Source: Malacoraja senta (lineage: Eukaryota). From it: 64,000 nucleotides of DNA. The stretch spans positions 868,001 through 932,000 of the forward strand of contig CM075990.1 in assembly GCA_038087875.1 (NCBI GenBank), in the 5' to 3' direction. Position numbers and translations under genes: made by a program. Shown piece after piece: positions 24,681 through 37,800 of the stretch (position 1 is its first letter; each line of letters starts with the position of its first letter). Below the pieces are notes generated by a model. That model saw nothing but the letters and a program-made list of their open reading frames with translations. It had not been told where the DNA came from and searched no databases.

Positions 24681-24960
24681 TACAATCATAGTTGCTGATG
24701 TGTAGGCAGTAACTGCAGATGCTGGTTTAAATCGAAGAAACACACAAAAAGCTGGAGTAACTCAACGGGTCAGAAAGCATCTCTGGAGAAAAGGAATAGG
24801 TGACGCTTTGGTCCAGAACCCTGCCAGGGCTCTCACTTATCGTTTTTTCTCTGTTTCCAGCCGGGCAATCTTGGCAGCTTTTTAGGTTGCCAAATGACAG
24901 TTTAGATGGTCATTTAAGACGGCTTGCATGACGCGTGCGATAATGTGCTTGGACGAAGCG

Positions 24961-26335
24961 TCACTGGAGAGAAGGAATGGGTGACTTTTCAGGTCGAGAC
25001 CCAAATCGTCACCCATTCCTTCTCTCCAGAGATGCTGCCTGTCCTGCAGAGCTACTCCAGGATTTTGTGTCTATATTAAGTAGAGAAGCTGGAAGGTCAT
25101 GTTACAGTTGTATAAGATGCTGGTGAAGCCACATTAGAATATTGTTCAGTTTTGGTCATCATGTTACAGGAAAGATGTTGTCAAGCTGGAAAGAGTGCTG
25201 AGAAGACTTATGAGGATGTTGCCAGGAATCGAGGGCCTGCGCTATAGGGAGAGGTTGACCAGGCCAGGGCTTTATTCCTTGGAGCGCAAAAGGATGAGGG
25301 ATGATCTTATAGAGGTGTCCAAGATCATGAGGGGAATAGATTTAGCGAATGCACAGTCTTTTGCCCAGAGTTGGGAAACCAAGAACCTGACAGTTTTAAG
25401 GTGAGGGGGGAAATAGAAAGGTGACATTTCAGGTTGAGACCCTTCTTCAGACTGAGGGAATAGAGGGGAGATATTTACTAGACAGGTGTGAGGGGCAGGG
25501 TTGGACAAAATAAAAAAAGGTGCAGAAGGGATTCACCAGGATGATACCTGGGCTTGGTGACAAGGTAGAGGGAAAGTTTGCTTCGGCTCAGACCATTTTC
25601 CTTTGGCATGTAGGAGGCTGAGGTGTACAAGATCATGAAGGGGCATGGATAAGGTGAATGTTCAGTCTTTTTCCCAGGGTAGAGGATTAAAAAAAAATAG
25701 CGGGCATAGTCTTCAGGTGAGAGGGTTGTGATTAAAAAGGGAGGTCAGGTGCAAGCTGCTCGCTCAGAGGGTAGTATACATTTGCCAGAGGAAGCTACAA
25801 AAACAAATGGGGAGGGTTTGGAGAAGTGTGGGTCAAATCCAAGCAAAATTGACTAGCCCAATATGCCAACAGTCAGGATGGACATGATGGGCTGAAGAGC
25901 CTGTTTCTGTACTGTACAGCTCTCTGACTCTATGACCCTAAGTGTGAGCAAATGATGCTTGGTCCAGGAGAGGAGAGGTTCGCTGCTAAAGAGCCAGAGG
26001 GTGGATGGAATGATGGAGTAAGGGCAGAGGTATCTTTAGACTCCCTCTCCCCTGACTCTCAGTCACCATTCCTTCTCTGCTGTCATGCTGAGTTACTCCA
26101 GCATATTGTTTCCTGGAACATCTTTCCTGTAACATGATGACCAAAACTGAACAATATTCTAATGTGGCTTCACCAGTATATTATACAACTGTAACATGAC
26201 CTCCCAGCTTCTCTACTTAATATAGACACAAAATGCTGGAGTAGCTCAGCAGGACAGGCAGCATCTCTGCAGAGAAGGAATGGGTGACGATTTGGGTCTC
26301 GACCTGAAAAGTCACCCATTCCTTCTCTCCAGTGA
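24961..26335. repeat. 219-bp inverted duplication (24961-25179 versus 26117-26335)
   Basis: The two segments are reverse complements and span the same Penelope-arm/CR1 junction. Confidence 0.85.
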
Positions 26336-26427
26336 TCCTGCCTGTCCCGCTGAGTTACTTCAGCATGTCTATCTTTGGTGTAAACCAGCATCTGCAGTTC
26401 CTTCCTACACACAGAGGCTTGATTAGT

Positions 26428-26740
26428 TCAGTTTAGAGACACAACATGGAAACAGGCTCCTCGGCCCACGAAGTCCACACCGACCACCGATTGTCCAGTC
26501 ACATTAGTTCTATGTTATTCCACTGACTTTTCCACTCCCTACAGACTAGGGGCAATTTACAAAGGCCAATTAACCTTCAAACCCGCACGTCTTTGGGATG
26601 TTGGAGGAATCAAGAGCAGCTGGTGGAAATGCACGTGGTCACGGAGAACGTATAAACACCACACGGACAGCACCTGAGGTCAGGATTACATCCAGGTATC
26701 TGGCGCTGTGAGCAGCAGTTCCATCAGCTGTGCCTCGCCA
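26428..26740 (-). mobile_element. tRNA-derived SINE (V-SINE/HE1-like), decayed
   Basis: Same core and tail as 4332-4623. Confidence 0.65.
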
Positions 26741-28600
26741 TCAGTTTAGTTTATTGTCACGCACTGAGGTACAGTGAAAAGCTTTTGTTGCGTCCTGTCC
26801 AGTCAGCAGAAAGACAATGCATGATTACAATCGAGCCATTTACAGTGCATAGATACATGATAAGGGAATAACATTTAGTGCAAGGTAGAGCCAACAAAGT
26901 CTGATCAGGATAGTCCGAGGGTCATCAAAGAGGTAGATAGTAGTTCAGGACTGCTCTCTGGTTGTGGTAGGATGATTCAGTTACCTGATAACAGCTGGGA
27001 CGAAACTGTCCCTAAATCTGGAAGTGTGAATTTTCACACTTCTATACCTTTTGCCTGATGGGAGAGGGGAGAAGAGGGAGTGGTCCTTGATTATGCTGCT
27101 GTCCTGACGTATAAATGGAGTCAATGGAATGGAGGTTGGTTTGTGTGTCATGACTGATCTGTCAGGACAGGATGCAAGCTGGTAAACCTCGCGTGCTGTC
27201 TGTGTGATGTTTGCATGTTCTCCCTGTTATCGTGGTATAACAAAGATGGGCGGCGTGGACCAAAAGGCCTGTTTCCATGCTGTACCTCTAAACCCAAATG
27301 AGAGATTTCCAGCATCTGTGCATTTAAGTTGCAGTTTAAGCTTGTATGAAGGAGATGAAATTCAAGTTGAAGTCTGGATTGTAAAATACTATTTCTAATT
27401 AATTGCATTCTAAAGATTATTCTTCACAATTTTCACAGCAGTACAGTACATATCCTCGTAAAGAGTGAACCTTCTAACATTTGACGTACATTATTCTAAA
27501 TGTTTCACTGGTCACATAGGGGTCTGAATTATTATGATTCACTCCTCTATTCGGAGAAAGGATGAAGATAATGAGAATTAGATGAGATTGTAATTCACAG
27601 TAAATGTATTGAGATCGGTACTTCTTCAGTTGGGACAAAGGGCCTGTTTCCACGCTGCATGAATGTGAGTCTAGTTACAATATCAAGGAATATTCATCAG
27701 CAGAGCAAGGGGTTCATTTGGAAGTCCCCACATCCCAAACCCATCTGTGGAATTCTCTGCCACAGAAGGCAGTGGAGGCCAATTCACTGGATGTTATGAA
27801 GAGAGTTAGATTTAGCTAACAGAATCAAGGGATAAGGGGAAAAACATAGAAACATAGAAAATAGGTGCAGGAGTAGGCCATTCGGCCCTTCGAGCCTGCA
27901 CCGCCATTCAATATGATCATGGCTGATCATCCAACTCAGTATCCTGTACCTGCCTTCTCTCCATACCCCCTGATCCCTTTAGCCACAAGGGCCACATCTA
28001 ACTCCCTCATAAATACAGCCAATGAACTTGCCTCAACTACTTTCTGTGGCAGAGAATTCCACAGATTCACCACTCTGTGTGAAAAAAAAAATTCTCATCT
28101 CGGTCCTAAAAGACTTCCCCCTTATCCTTAAACTGTGACCCCTTGTTCTGGACTTCCCCAACATCGGGAACAATCTTCCTGCATCTAGCCTGTCCAACCC
28201 CCTAAGAATTTTGTACGTTTCTATAAGATCCCCCCTCAATCTTCCAAATTCTAGCGAGTACAAGCCGAGTCTATCCAGTCTTTCTTCATATGAAAGTCCT
28301 GCCATCCCAGGAATCAGTCTGGTGAACCTTCTCTGTACTCCCTCTATGGCAAGAATGTCTTTCCTCAGATTAGGAGACCAAAACTGTATGCAATACTCCA
28401 GGTGTGGTCTCAACAAGGCCCTGTACAACTGCAGTAGAACCTCCCTGCTCCTATACTCAAATCCTTCTGCTATGAATGCTAACATACCATTCACTTTCTT
28501 CACTGCCTGCTGCACCTGCATGCCTACTTTCAATGACTGGTGTACCATGACACCCAGGTCTCGTTGCATCTCCCCTTTTCCTAATCGGCCACCATCGAGC

Positions 28601-29248
28601 GGTAGGAGTTAAAAAGGAGCGCGGGGCTTGTTCCTTACAGAGGTCCAAGAGCCGTTGGAGAGATCGCAGAGGGAGGAGCTACACATGACCGGTAGGAGTT
28701 AAAAAGGAGCGCGGGGCTTGTTCCTTACAGAGGTCCAAGAGCCGTTGGAGAGATCGCAGAGGGAGGAGCTACACACGACCGGTAGGAGTTAAAAAGGACC
28801 GCGGGGCTTGTTCCTTACAGAGGTCCAAGAGCCGTTGGAGAGATCGCAGAGGGAGGAGCTACACACGACCGGTAGGAGTTAAATAGGAGCGCGGGGCTTG
28901 TTCCTTACAGAGGTCCAAGAGCCGTTGGAGAGATCGCAGAGGGAGGAGCTACACACGACCGGTAGGAGTTAAAAAGGACCGCGGGGCTTGTTCCTTACAG
29001 AGGTCCAAGAGCCGTTGGAGAGATCGCAGAGGGAGGAGCTACACACGACCGGTAGGAGTTAAATAGGAGCGCGGGGCTTGTTCCTTACAGAGGCCCAAGA
29101 GCCGTTGGAGAGATCGCAGAGGGAGGAGCTACACACGACCGGTAGGAGTTAAAAAGGACCGCGGGGCTTGTTCTTTACAGAGGTCCAAGAGCCGTTGGAG
29201 AGATCGCAGAGGGAGGAGCTACACACGACCGGTAGGAGTTAAATAGGA
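28601..29248 (+). repeat. 90-bp tandem monomers (7 full plus 1 partial) forming the CR1 5' UTR
   Basis: GGTAGGAGTT recurs at 28601, 28691, 28781, 28871, 28961, 29051, 29141 and 29231. Confidence 0.97.
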
Positions 29249-29458
29249 GGAACCCAAATCTGTAACGTTCCAAGTTCCACTTCAAAAACAAGTGGGTTTG
29301 AGGAAGCCGCTGATTGGTGGACGCAGACAAGAGGGAGCAGCTGATTGGGAGTCAGATCCCTGCTGATTGTACTGTATTGTAGCAGTTTGTTTTGTATTGT
29401 AGCAGTTTGTTTTGTATTGTAGCAGTTTGTTTTATATTCTATCCAGGGTAAGGGGAGT

Positions 29459-30394
29459 ATGAGGGCCAGGGCAGTTTACTGTTCTGGATGTCAGATGTGG
29501 GAAGTCATGGAGTCTGATAGCCCTCCAGACGTCCACATCTGCGTCAGGTGTATCGAGATGGGGCTCCTAATGGACCGTATTAGGAACCTGGAGCAGCAGC
29601 TCGATGACCTCCGTCTGGTCAGGGAGAGCGAGGAAGTCATCGAGAGGAGTTACAGGGATGTGGTCACTCCAACACCACAGGAGGCAGGCAAGTGGATCAC
29701 GGTTGGGAGAGGCAAGGGGCACAGGCAGGGACTAGAGAGTACCCCGGTGGCTGTACACCTTGACAATAAGTACTCCTGTTTGAGCATTGTTGGGGTGGAC
29801 AGCCTACCTGGGGGTAGCGACAGCGGCCGGGCCTCCGGTATAGAGACCGGTCCTGTTGCTCAGAAGGGTAAGGAAAAGAAGAGGAGGGCAATATTAATAG
29901 GGGACTCTATAGTTAGGGGGTCAGACAGGCGATTCTGTGGACGCAGTCGGGAGACCCGGATGGTAATTTGCCTCCCTGGTGCCAGGGTCTGTGATGTGTC
30001 TCAACGTGTCCAAGACATCCTGAAAGGGCAGGGAGAGGAGCCCGAAGTCGTGATACATATAGGTACCAATGACATAGGTAAAAAAAGAGAAGAGGTCCTG
30101 AAAGGAGAATTTAGGGAGTTAGGAGGGGAGTTAAAGAGAAGGACAGCAAAGGTAACAATCTCGGGATTACTGCCTGTGCCACGCGACAGTGAGAGTAGGA
30201 ATGGAGCGAGGTGGAGGATAAATGCGTGGCTGAAGGACTGGTGCAGAAGGCAGGGATTCAAATTTCTGGATCATTGGGACCTCTTTTGTGGAAGGTTCGA
30301 CCTGTACAAAAAGGATGGGTTGCACTTGAACCTGAGGGGGACCGATATCCTGGCGGGGAGATCTGCAAAGGCTACTGGGGAGACTTTAAACTAG
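29459..30394 (+). CDS. CR1 ORF1: Cys zinc finger/leucine zipper plus SGNH/GDSL esterase domain
   Basis: CSGC...CVRC, a heptad leucine stretch, then GDSIVRG, LPGA, HIGTND and DGLHLN. 311 aa, intact. Confidence 0.92.
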   Translation: MRARAVYCSGCQMWEVMESDSPPDVHICVRCIEMGLLMDRIRNLEQQLDDLRLVRESEEVIERSYRDVVTPTPQEAGKWITVGRGKGHRQGLESTPVAVHLDNKYSCLSIVGVDSLPGGSDSGRASGIETGPVAQKGKEKKRRAILIGDSIVRGSDRRFCGRSRETRMVICLPGARVCDVSQRVQDILKGQGEEPEVVIHIGTNDIGKKREEVLKGEFRELGGELKRRTAKVTISGLLPVPRDSESRNGARWRINAWLKDWCRRQGFKFLDHWDLFCGRFDLYKKDGLHLNLRGTDILAGRSAKATGETLN

Positions 30395-30573
30395 GATGGT
30401 TGGGGGGAGGGACTCAAATAGAGAATGCTATTAGACAGTGTGTGAGGCAAGAGGCAGAGAAGGAAAGCACTCAGACCCAACATGTAGGGGGGAAAGAAGA
30501 AAACAATAATAAACAGAGAATAAGAGGTGGTGGTGTTCTTAAATGGGTGAGCAGAGAATCAGAGGGGTGCAAA

Positions 30574-33508
30574 ATGCGGGCGGAAGCAATAGGTAGCAAG
30601 GTGAAAAGTAAAAGTGGCAGGCAGACAAATCCAGGGCAAAAATCAAAAAGAGCCACTTTCCAACATAATTGTATAAGGGGTAAGAGCGTTGTAAAAACAA
30701 GCCTGAAGGCTTTGTGTCTCAATGCAAGGAGCATTCGTAATAAGGTCGATGAGTTGAACGTGCAGATAGCAATTAATGATTATGATATAGTTGGGATCAC
30801 GGAGACATGGCTCCAGGGTGACCAAGGCTGGGAGCTGAACATCCAGGGATATTCAATATTCAGGAGGGATAGAGAGAAAGGAAAAGGAGGTGGGGTAGCA
30901 TTGCTGGTTAGAGAGGAGATTAACGCAGTGGAAAGGAAGGACATTAGCTTGGAGGATGTGGAATCGGTATGGGTAGAGCTACGAAACACTAAGGGGCAGA
31001 AAACGCTGGTGGGTGTTGTGTACAGGCCACCTAGCAGTAGTAGTGAAGTTGGGGATGGCATCAAACAGGAAATTAGAAATGCGTGCAACAAAGGCAAAAC
31101 AGTTATAATGGGTGACTTCAATCTACATATAGATTGGGTGAATCAAATTGGCAGGGGCGCTGAGGAAGAGGATTTCTTGGAATGTATGAGGGATAGTTAT
31201 CTAAACCAACATGTGGAGGAACCAACGAGAGAGCAGGCTATTCTAGACTGGGTATTGAGTAATGAGGAAGGGTTAGTTAGCAGACTTGTTGTGCGTGCCC
31301 CCTTGGGCAAGAGTGACCATAATATGGTTGAGTTCTTCATTAGGATGGAGAGTGACATTGTTAATTCAGAAACAAGGGTTCTGAACTTAAAGAAAGGTAA
31401 CTTTGAGGGTATGAGACGTGAATTGGCCAAGATTGACTGGCAATTAGTTCTAAAAGGGTTAACGGTGGATATGCAATGGAAGGCATTTAAAGACTGCATG
31501 GATGAACTACAAAAAATGTTCATCCCAGTTTGGCAAAAGAATAAATCAGGCATCCGTGCATCCGTGGATAACAAGGGAAATCAGGGATAGTATCAAAGCA
31601 AAAGATGTTGCGTACAAATTAGCCAGAAAAAGCAGCATACCAGAGGACTGGGAGAAATTCAGAGACCAGCAGAGGAGGACAAAGGGCTTAATTAGGAAAG
31701 GGAAAATAGATTATGAAAGGAAACTGGCAGGGAACATAAAAACTGACTGCAAAAGTTTTTATAGATATGTGAAGAGAAAGTGATTAGTTAAAACAAATGT
31801 AGGTCCCTTGCAGTCAGAAACAGGTGAATTGATCATGGGGAACAAGGATATGGCGGACCAATTGAATAACTACTTTGGTTCCGTCTTCACTGAGAAAGAC
31901 ATAAATAATCTGCCGGAAATAGCAGGGGGCCGCGGGTCAAAGGAGATGGAGGAACTGAGTGAAATCCAGGTTAGTCGGGAAGTGGTGTTGGGTAAATTGA
32001 ATGGATTAAAGGCCGATAAATCACCAGGGCCAGATAGGCTGCATCCCAGAGTACTTAAGGAAGTAGCTCCAGAAATAGTGGATGCATTAGTGATAATTTT
32101 TCAAAATTCTTTAGATTCTGGAGTAGTTCCTGAGGATTGGAGGGTAGCAAACGTAACCCCACTTTTTAAGAAGGGAGGGAGAGAGAAAACGGGGAATTAC
32201 AGACCAGTTAGTCTAACATCGGTAGTGGGGAAACTGCTAGAGTCAGTTATTAAAGATGGGATAGCAGCACATTTGGAAAGTGGTGAAATCATTGGACAAA
32301 GTCAGCATGGATTTACGAAAGGTAAATCGTGTCTGACGAATCTTATAGAATTTTTCGAGGATGTAACTAGTAGAGTGGATAGGGGAGAACCAGTGGATGT
32401 GTTGTATCTGGACTTTCAGAAGGCTTTCGACAAGGTACCACATAAGAGATTAGGATACAAACTTAAATCACACGGTATTGGGGGTTCAGTATTGATGTGG
32501 ATAGAGAACTGGCTGGCAAACAGGAAGCAAAGAGTAGGAGTAAACGGGTCCTTTTCACAATGGCAGGCAGTGACTAGTGGGGTACCGCAAGGCTCAGTGC
32601 TGGGACCCCAGCTATTTACAATTTATATTAATGATCTGGACGAGGGAATTGAAAGCAACATCTCCAAGTTTGCGGATGACACTAAGCTGGGGGGCAGTGT
32701 TAGCTGTGAGGAGGATGCTAGGAGACTGCAAGGTGACTTGGATAGGCTGGGTGAGTGGGCAAATGTTTGGCAGATGCAGTATAATGTGGATAAATGTGAG
32801 GTTATCCACTTTGGTGGCAAAAACGGGAAGGCAGACTATTATCTAAATGGTGGCCGATTAGGAAATGGGGAGGTGCAGCGAGACCTGGGTGTCATGGTAC
32901 ACCAGTCATTGAAAGTAGGCATGCAGGTGCAGCAGGCAGTGAAGAAAGCGAATGGTATGTTGGCCTTCATAGCAAGAGGATTTGAGTATAGGAGCAGGGA
33001 GGTTCTACTGCAGTTGTACAGGGTCTTGGTGAGACCACACCTGGAGTATTGCGCACACTTTTGGTCTCCAAATCTGAGGAAGGACATTATAGCCATAGAG
33101 GGAGTGCAGAGAAGGTTCACCAGACTGATTCCTGGGATGTCAGGACTTTCATATGAAGAAAGACTGGATAGACTTGGCTTATACTCGCTAGAATTTAGGA
33201 GATTGAGAGGGGATCTTATAGAAACGTACAAAATTCTTATGGGGTTGGACAGGCTAGATGCAGGAAGATTGTTCCCGATGTTGGGGAAGTCCAGGACAAG
33301 GGGTCACAGCTTAAGGATAAGGGGGAAATCCTTTAAGACCGAGATGAGGAAAAACTATTTCACACAGAGAGTGGTGAATCTCTGGAACTCTCTGCCACAG
33401 AGGGTAGTTGAGGCCAGTTCATTGGCTATATTTAAGAGGGAGTTAGATGTGGCCCTTGTGGCTAAAGGGATCAGGGGGTATGGAGAGAAGGCAGGTACGG
33501 GATACTGA
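30574..33508 (+). pseudogene. CR1 ORF2 (APE plus RT), frameshift at ~31550 and TGA at 31781
   Basis: Three ORF pieces collinear with the intact copy at 8907-12176. Confidence 0.93.
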
Positions 33509-34307
33509 GTTGGATGATCAGCCATGATCATATTGAATGGCGGTGCAGGCTCGAAGGGCCGAATGGCCTACTCCTGCACCTATTTTCTATGTATCTATGT
33601 ATCTATGTATTCAGATAATAGTCTTCTTTCCTGTTCTTGCCACCAAAGTGGATAACCTCACATTTATCCACATTATACTGCATCTGTCATGCATTTCCCC
33701 ACTCACCCAACCTATCCAAGTCACCTTGCAGCCTCCTAGCATCCTCATCACAGCTAACACTGCCCCCCAGCTTCGTGTCATCCGTAAACTTGGAGATGTT
33801 GCATTCAATTCCCTCGTCCAAATCATTAATATATATTGTAAATAGTTGTGGTCCCAGCACTGAGCCTTGCGGTACCCCACTAGTCACAGCCTGCCATTCT
33901 GAAAAGGACCCGTTTACCCCTACTCTTTGCTTCCTGTCTGCCAGCCAGTTCTCTATCCACCTCAATACTGAACCCCAAATACCGTGTGCGTTAAGTTTGC
34001 ATACTAATCTCTTATGAGGGATCTTATCGAAAGCCTTCTGAAAGTCCAGATATAACACATCCACTGGTTCTCCCTTATCCACTCTACTAGTTACATCCTC
34101 GAAAAATTCTATAAGATTTGTCAGACATGATTTACCTAAAGCAGGAACAGGGTACTGAATTTGGATGTTCAGCCATGATCATATTAAATGGTGGTTCTGG
34201 CTCGAAGGGCCGAACGGCCTACTCCTCCACCTATTTTCTATGTTTCATCACCCATACTCCTTTGTGGTCAGAGATTCGTAAACACTTTTTAAGGAGTCAC
34301 TTTATTA

Positions 34308-34585
34308 CGGGCGGTGCAATGGAGCAGCTGGTGCCCATGTTCGATCTTGACTTTGGGTGCTGTCTGTGTGGAGTTTGCACGTTCTCCCTATGACCATGTC
34401 GGTTTCCTCAGGGTGCTCCAATTTCCTCCCACATCACAAAGACGTACAGGTTTGTAGGATAATTTTCCCTAATATGTGGAGGGGAAAGTGCAATAACATA
34501 GAACTAGTCTAAATGGGTGATTGATGGACGCAGTTGGCCGCATGGCCTGCTTCAATTCTGCATCTCTAATCTAAATTAAACCTAA
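34308..34585 (+). mobile_element. tRNA-derived SINE, decayed
   Basis: GCTGTCTGTGTGGAGTTTGCACGTTCTCCC core and ...TCCTCCCACAT..AAAGACGT. Confidence 0.7.
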
Positions 34586-37500
34586 GCCCATTTCTCTCAA
34601 TTTTCTGGTGCCCTTAGTGTTTTTTCAGCCATTTATATAAAATACAGTCAATAATGATCAAGGAAGTGTCAGAAATGAATTAACTGCAAAAAAGAAATAA
34701 TTCGAGCACTTGAACCCATTTTACTTGAGAATAACTTACTTTAGATGCACAGAGTCTCTTGCCCAGATTAGGTGAATTGAGGGCCAAAGGACATAGGTTT
34801 AAGGTGAAGGAGAAAAGATTTAATAGAAATCTGATGGGTATCTTTTCCACACAAAGGGTGGTGGGTGTATGGAACAAGCTGCCAGAGGAGGTAGTTGAGG
34901 CAGAGGTGGAGGGATTGAACAGAGTATAGAAATAAATACATGTCTTGTGGGAAAGATGGTGCAAACTTTTGGTTTGGGGCAGAATGATACTTAAGAAACA
35001 GTTAGACAGGTACATGGATAGGACAGGTTTGGAGGGATATGGGCCAAATGTAGGCAGGTGGGACTAGTGTAGCTGGGACATGTTGGCCGGTGTGGGCAAG
35101 TTGGGCCGAAGGGCCTGTTTCCACGCTGTATCACTCTATCACTCGAAGAAGCATAAGTATCATGTAAGTGTTTTGTGATGCCAACATCAACTCGTCGTCA
35201 ACACTTTTCCTCGGTAATGCACAGCATTGGCATCTATAAACACCTCATTATCCTGGTTTCCATCCCCATGTGCTCTGTGGCAAATTCCTTATTGCACTGC
35301 AGGTAGCTACCTGGGATACTTTGTCAGAACCTTCCAAAACTACAATCTATAGTACCTAATAGGTGATGAACAACGGGGGTACAAGAAAACCATCAATTGC
35401 GGGCTACTAGCTCATAAACTATTCGATCTTGAGGTGCATCTCCACTCCATTACCATCATCATCAGGTGAATCTCTTCACATAATCAGTGCGTTCCACAGC
35501 CGTAGCTTGTGCGTACACTTATAGGAGGAAAGTAAATGGAATTCCTGCCCTGCAACAACTTCACTGCCATCTCCATGAGTGAAGATTCCAAGAGCAAAAG
35601 CCCTCTCACCGCAGTACATGGTTTTGTGTATGAATAGTCTGACTATGTTCATCAGTGGATGCCGTCAGATTTACCATATGTAGGTGGGAATTCTGTACAC
35701 AGACACAAAATAAAACAGCTTGTAGATCTGTGGTGAGTCTATCAAACAAGGTGGTTTATTAAAAGACCTTATTGGAATTACATTGGAAGGCAGTGTGAGC
35801 AAGCCCAAGCTGCTTCAACAAACCATAGTAACTGTACAATGTTTATACTCCCATGACACAATGGTAACTAGTGGAGTTGAAATAAGCCATTAATCAATGT
35901 CTCTGTCACCTTCCATCTTTGTCTCTCCGCAGAGTTAATTTTAATCTTACGTTTCCAGTTGTTATGAAACTCTCCCTAAATGCCAATGTTGATTCTACCC
36001 ATTAAATGGGGTCTCCTCGTTAAAGAGGTAATTTGTTAACCTTCGGGAAAGAATGCAACAGATAAGAACCTAGACAGAACTATGAAGGACTATCCTCCCT
36101 CAATAGATAAGGAAGTTTAAGATATTTTAATTAGGTTGTGCTGTGAAAGCTAAATACATTGACATAGCTATTTATTATCTTCCTAACATTCTATGTTGGC
36201 CATTTTTCCCATCATGCTTCCCCAGTATGTGATCTCCAGGGTAGACTCATCTTCCTTATACTTCTCAAAATTCCTGACCACACCATGCAACAAGTGTGAT
36301 GTTTGCAGCAGTATCCTAGGCAATGAGTAGGAATTGGCCCACTTCCTGTTCCACTGCTTGTTTCATTAAGTTCATAAATTTATCAGTCATAGGAGCAGAA
36401 TTAGGACAATTGGCCCATCGAGTCTACTCGCAAGTCCCTTTGCACCTCCGATTTCTGAATCCACTCCCTATTTAAAAAATAGTCTACGCCTTTATTCCCA
36501 CTACCGAAATGCATGACTGCTATGCTGCCACTTCTCTGCCCACTCTCCCAACGTGTCCAAGTCCTTCTGCAGAGTCCCTGCTTTCTCTACACTACCCGCC
36601 CCTCCACCTATCTTGGTATCATCCACAAACTTGGCCACAAAGTCTTCAATTCCCTGATCCAAATCATTGATAAACAATGTGAAGAGTGGCAGCCCCAACA
36701 CAGACACATGTGGAACATCTAGTTATTGGCAGCCAACCAGAGAAAGTCCCCTTTATTCCCACTCTTTGCCTACTGAGATCCAGCCAACTTTCTATATGCT
36801 AGTATATCCCCTCTAATACCATGGGCTCTCATCTTCTCTAGCAACCTCGTGGGCACCTTGTCAAAGCCCTTCTGAAAATACAAAGTGAGCAACATCCACT
36901 GACTCTCCTGTCCTGCAACTTACTTCTTCAAAGTATTCCAACAGATTCATCATTCATGATCTCCCCTTCATAAACCCATGTTGACTTTGGCCTATTTTAT
37001 CATGTGCTTCTACTGTATGTACTCGGAAACCTGATTCTTTATAATGGACCCTAAAAGTGAGGACGCCGCTGCCGAGGGAAGGAATGATGGAGGACCCGGC
37101 GTGGGGGGACCACCATGAGGGAGGGGTAAGAGCATGGGGACCCGGCGTGGGAGGATCGCCATGAGGGAGGGGGGAAGAACAAAGAGGGAACTGACGTAAA
37201 GAGAGGGAATAAAGGGGACTTTGGATGGCTGCCAGTAACTAATGATGTTCCACATGTGTCTGTATGCAACGTATGCAAGGAAAGAATTTCACTGTGATTT
37301 GTCACATGTGACAATAAAGTTTTCATTCATTCATTCATTCATTCCATTCATTCATCTTACCAACCACTGAAGTCAGGCTAACTGGCCCATAGTTTCCCCT
37401 CTTTTGCTTTGCTCCCTTCTTGAACAACAGAGTAACATTTGCAATTTTCCAATCCTCTGGGACCACTCCTGACTCTAGTGATTCTTCAAAGATCACCACT

Positions 37501-37782
37501 AATGCCTCCACAATCTCCAAAGTCACCTCTTTCAGAATCCTAGGGTATATTCCATCTGGTCCATGTGACTTAGCCACTGTAGATGATATCTGCATGTGCC
37601 TTTAATATAGTGACCTCATCACTACTAACCACTCCCCATATCACAAGTATAATTACAACCTCCCCACCCACATATCGCTCTCTAGTTCCTGTGATAGACC
37701 ACGTACAGCTAGTGCTTTCTGTAATGCTGCAGTTTGAATGAACAGAAGTAAAGTAACGATGTGTCGATAACACTTCTTTACA

Positions 37783-37800
37783 TGGTGTCAGAAGTGGGAT
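37783..37800 (+). promoter_or_regulatory. Primer binding site, complementary to a tRNA-Leu 3' end
   Basis: TGGTGTCAGAAGTGGGAT immediately after the 5' LTR. Confidence 0.85.

Larger units (their letters stand above)
28596..33610 (+). mobile_element. Full-length CR1 LINE
   Basis: 5' monomer array, ORF1, ORF2 (one frameshift and one stop), 3' stem-loop and (TATCTATG)n tail. Confidence 0.95.
27844..34137 (-). mobile_element. CR1 3' fragment split by the full-length CR1 (pieces 27844-28595 and 33611-34137)
   Basis: The pieces rejoin exactly as ...ggccaccat/tcagataatag... RT motifs are on the minus strand. Confidence 0.9.

Noticed and set aside
24826..24960. Possible hAT-like terminus (CAGGGCTCTCAC...)
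   Set aside because: Only one end is visible, with no matching TIR or 8-bp TSD.
28601..29248. Regular repeat array resembling a CRISPR
   Set aside because: The units are contiguous with no unique spacers, there are no cas genes, and the context is a eukaryotic LINE.
35690..36190. Possible solo LTR on the minus strand
   Set aside because: TG/CA-like ends and a poly(A) signal are present, but I could not find a convincing TSD or a second copy.
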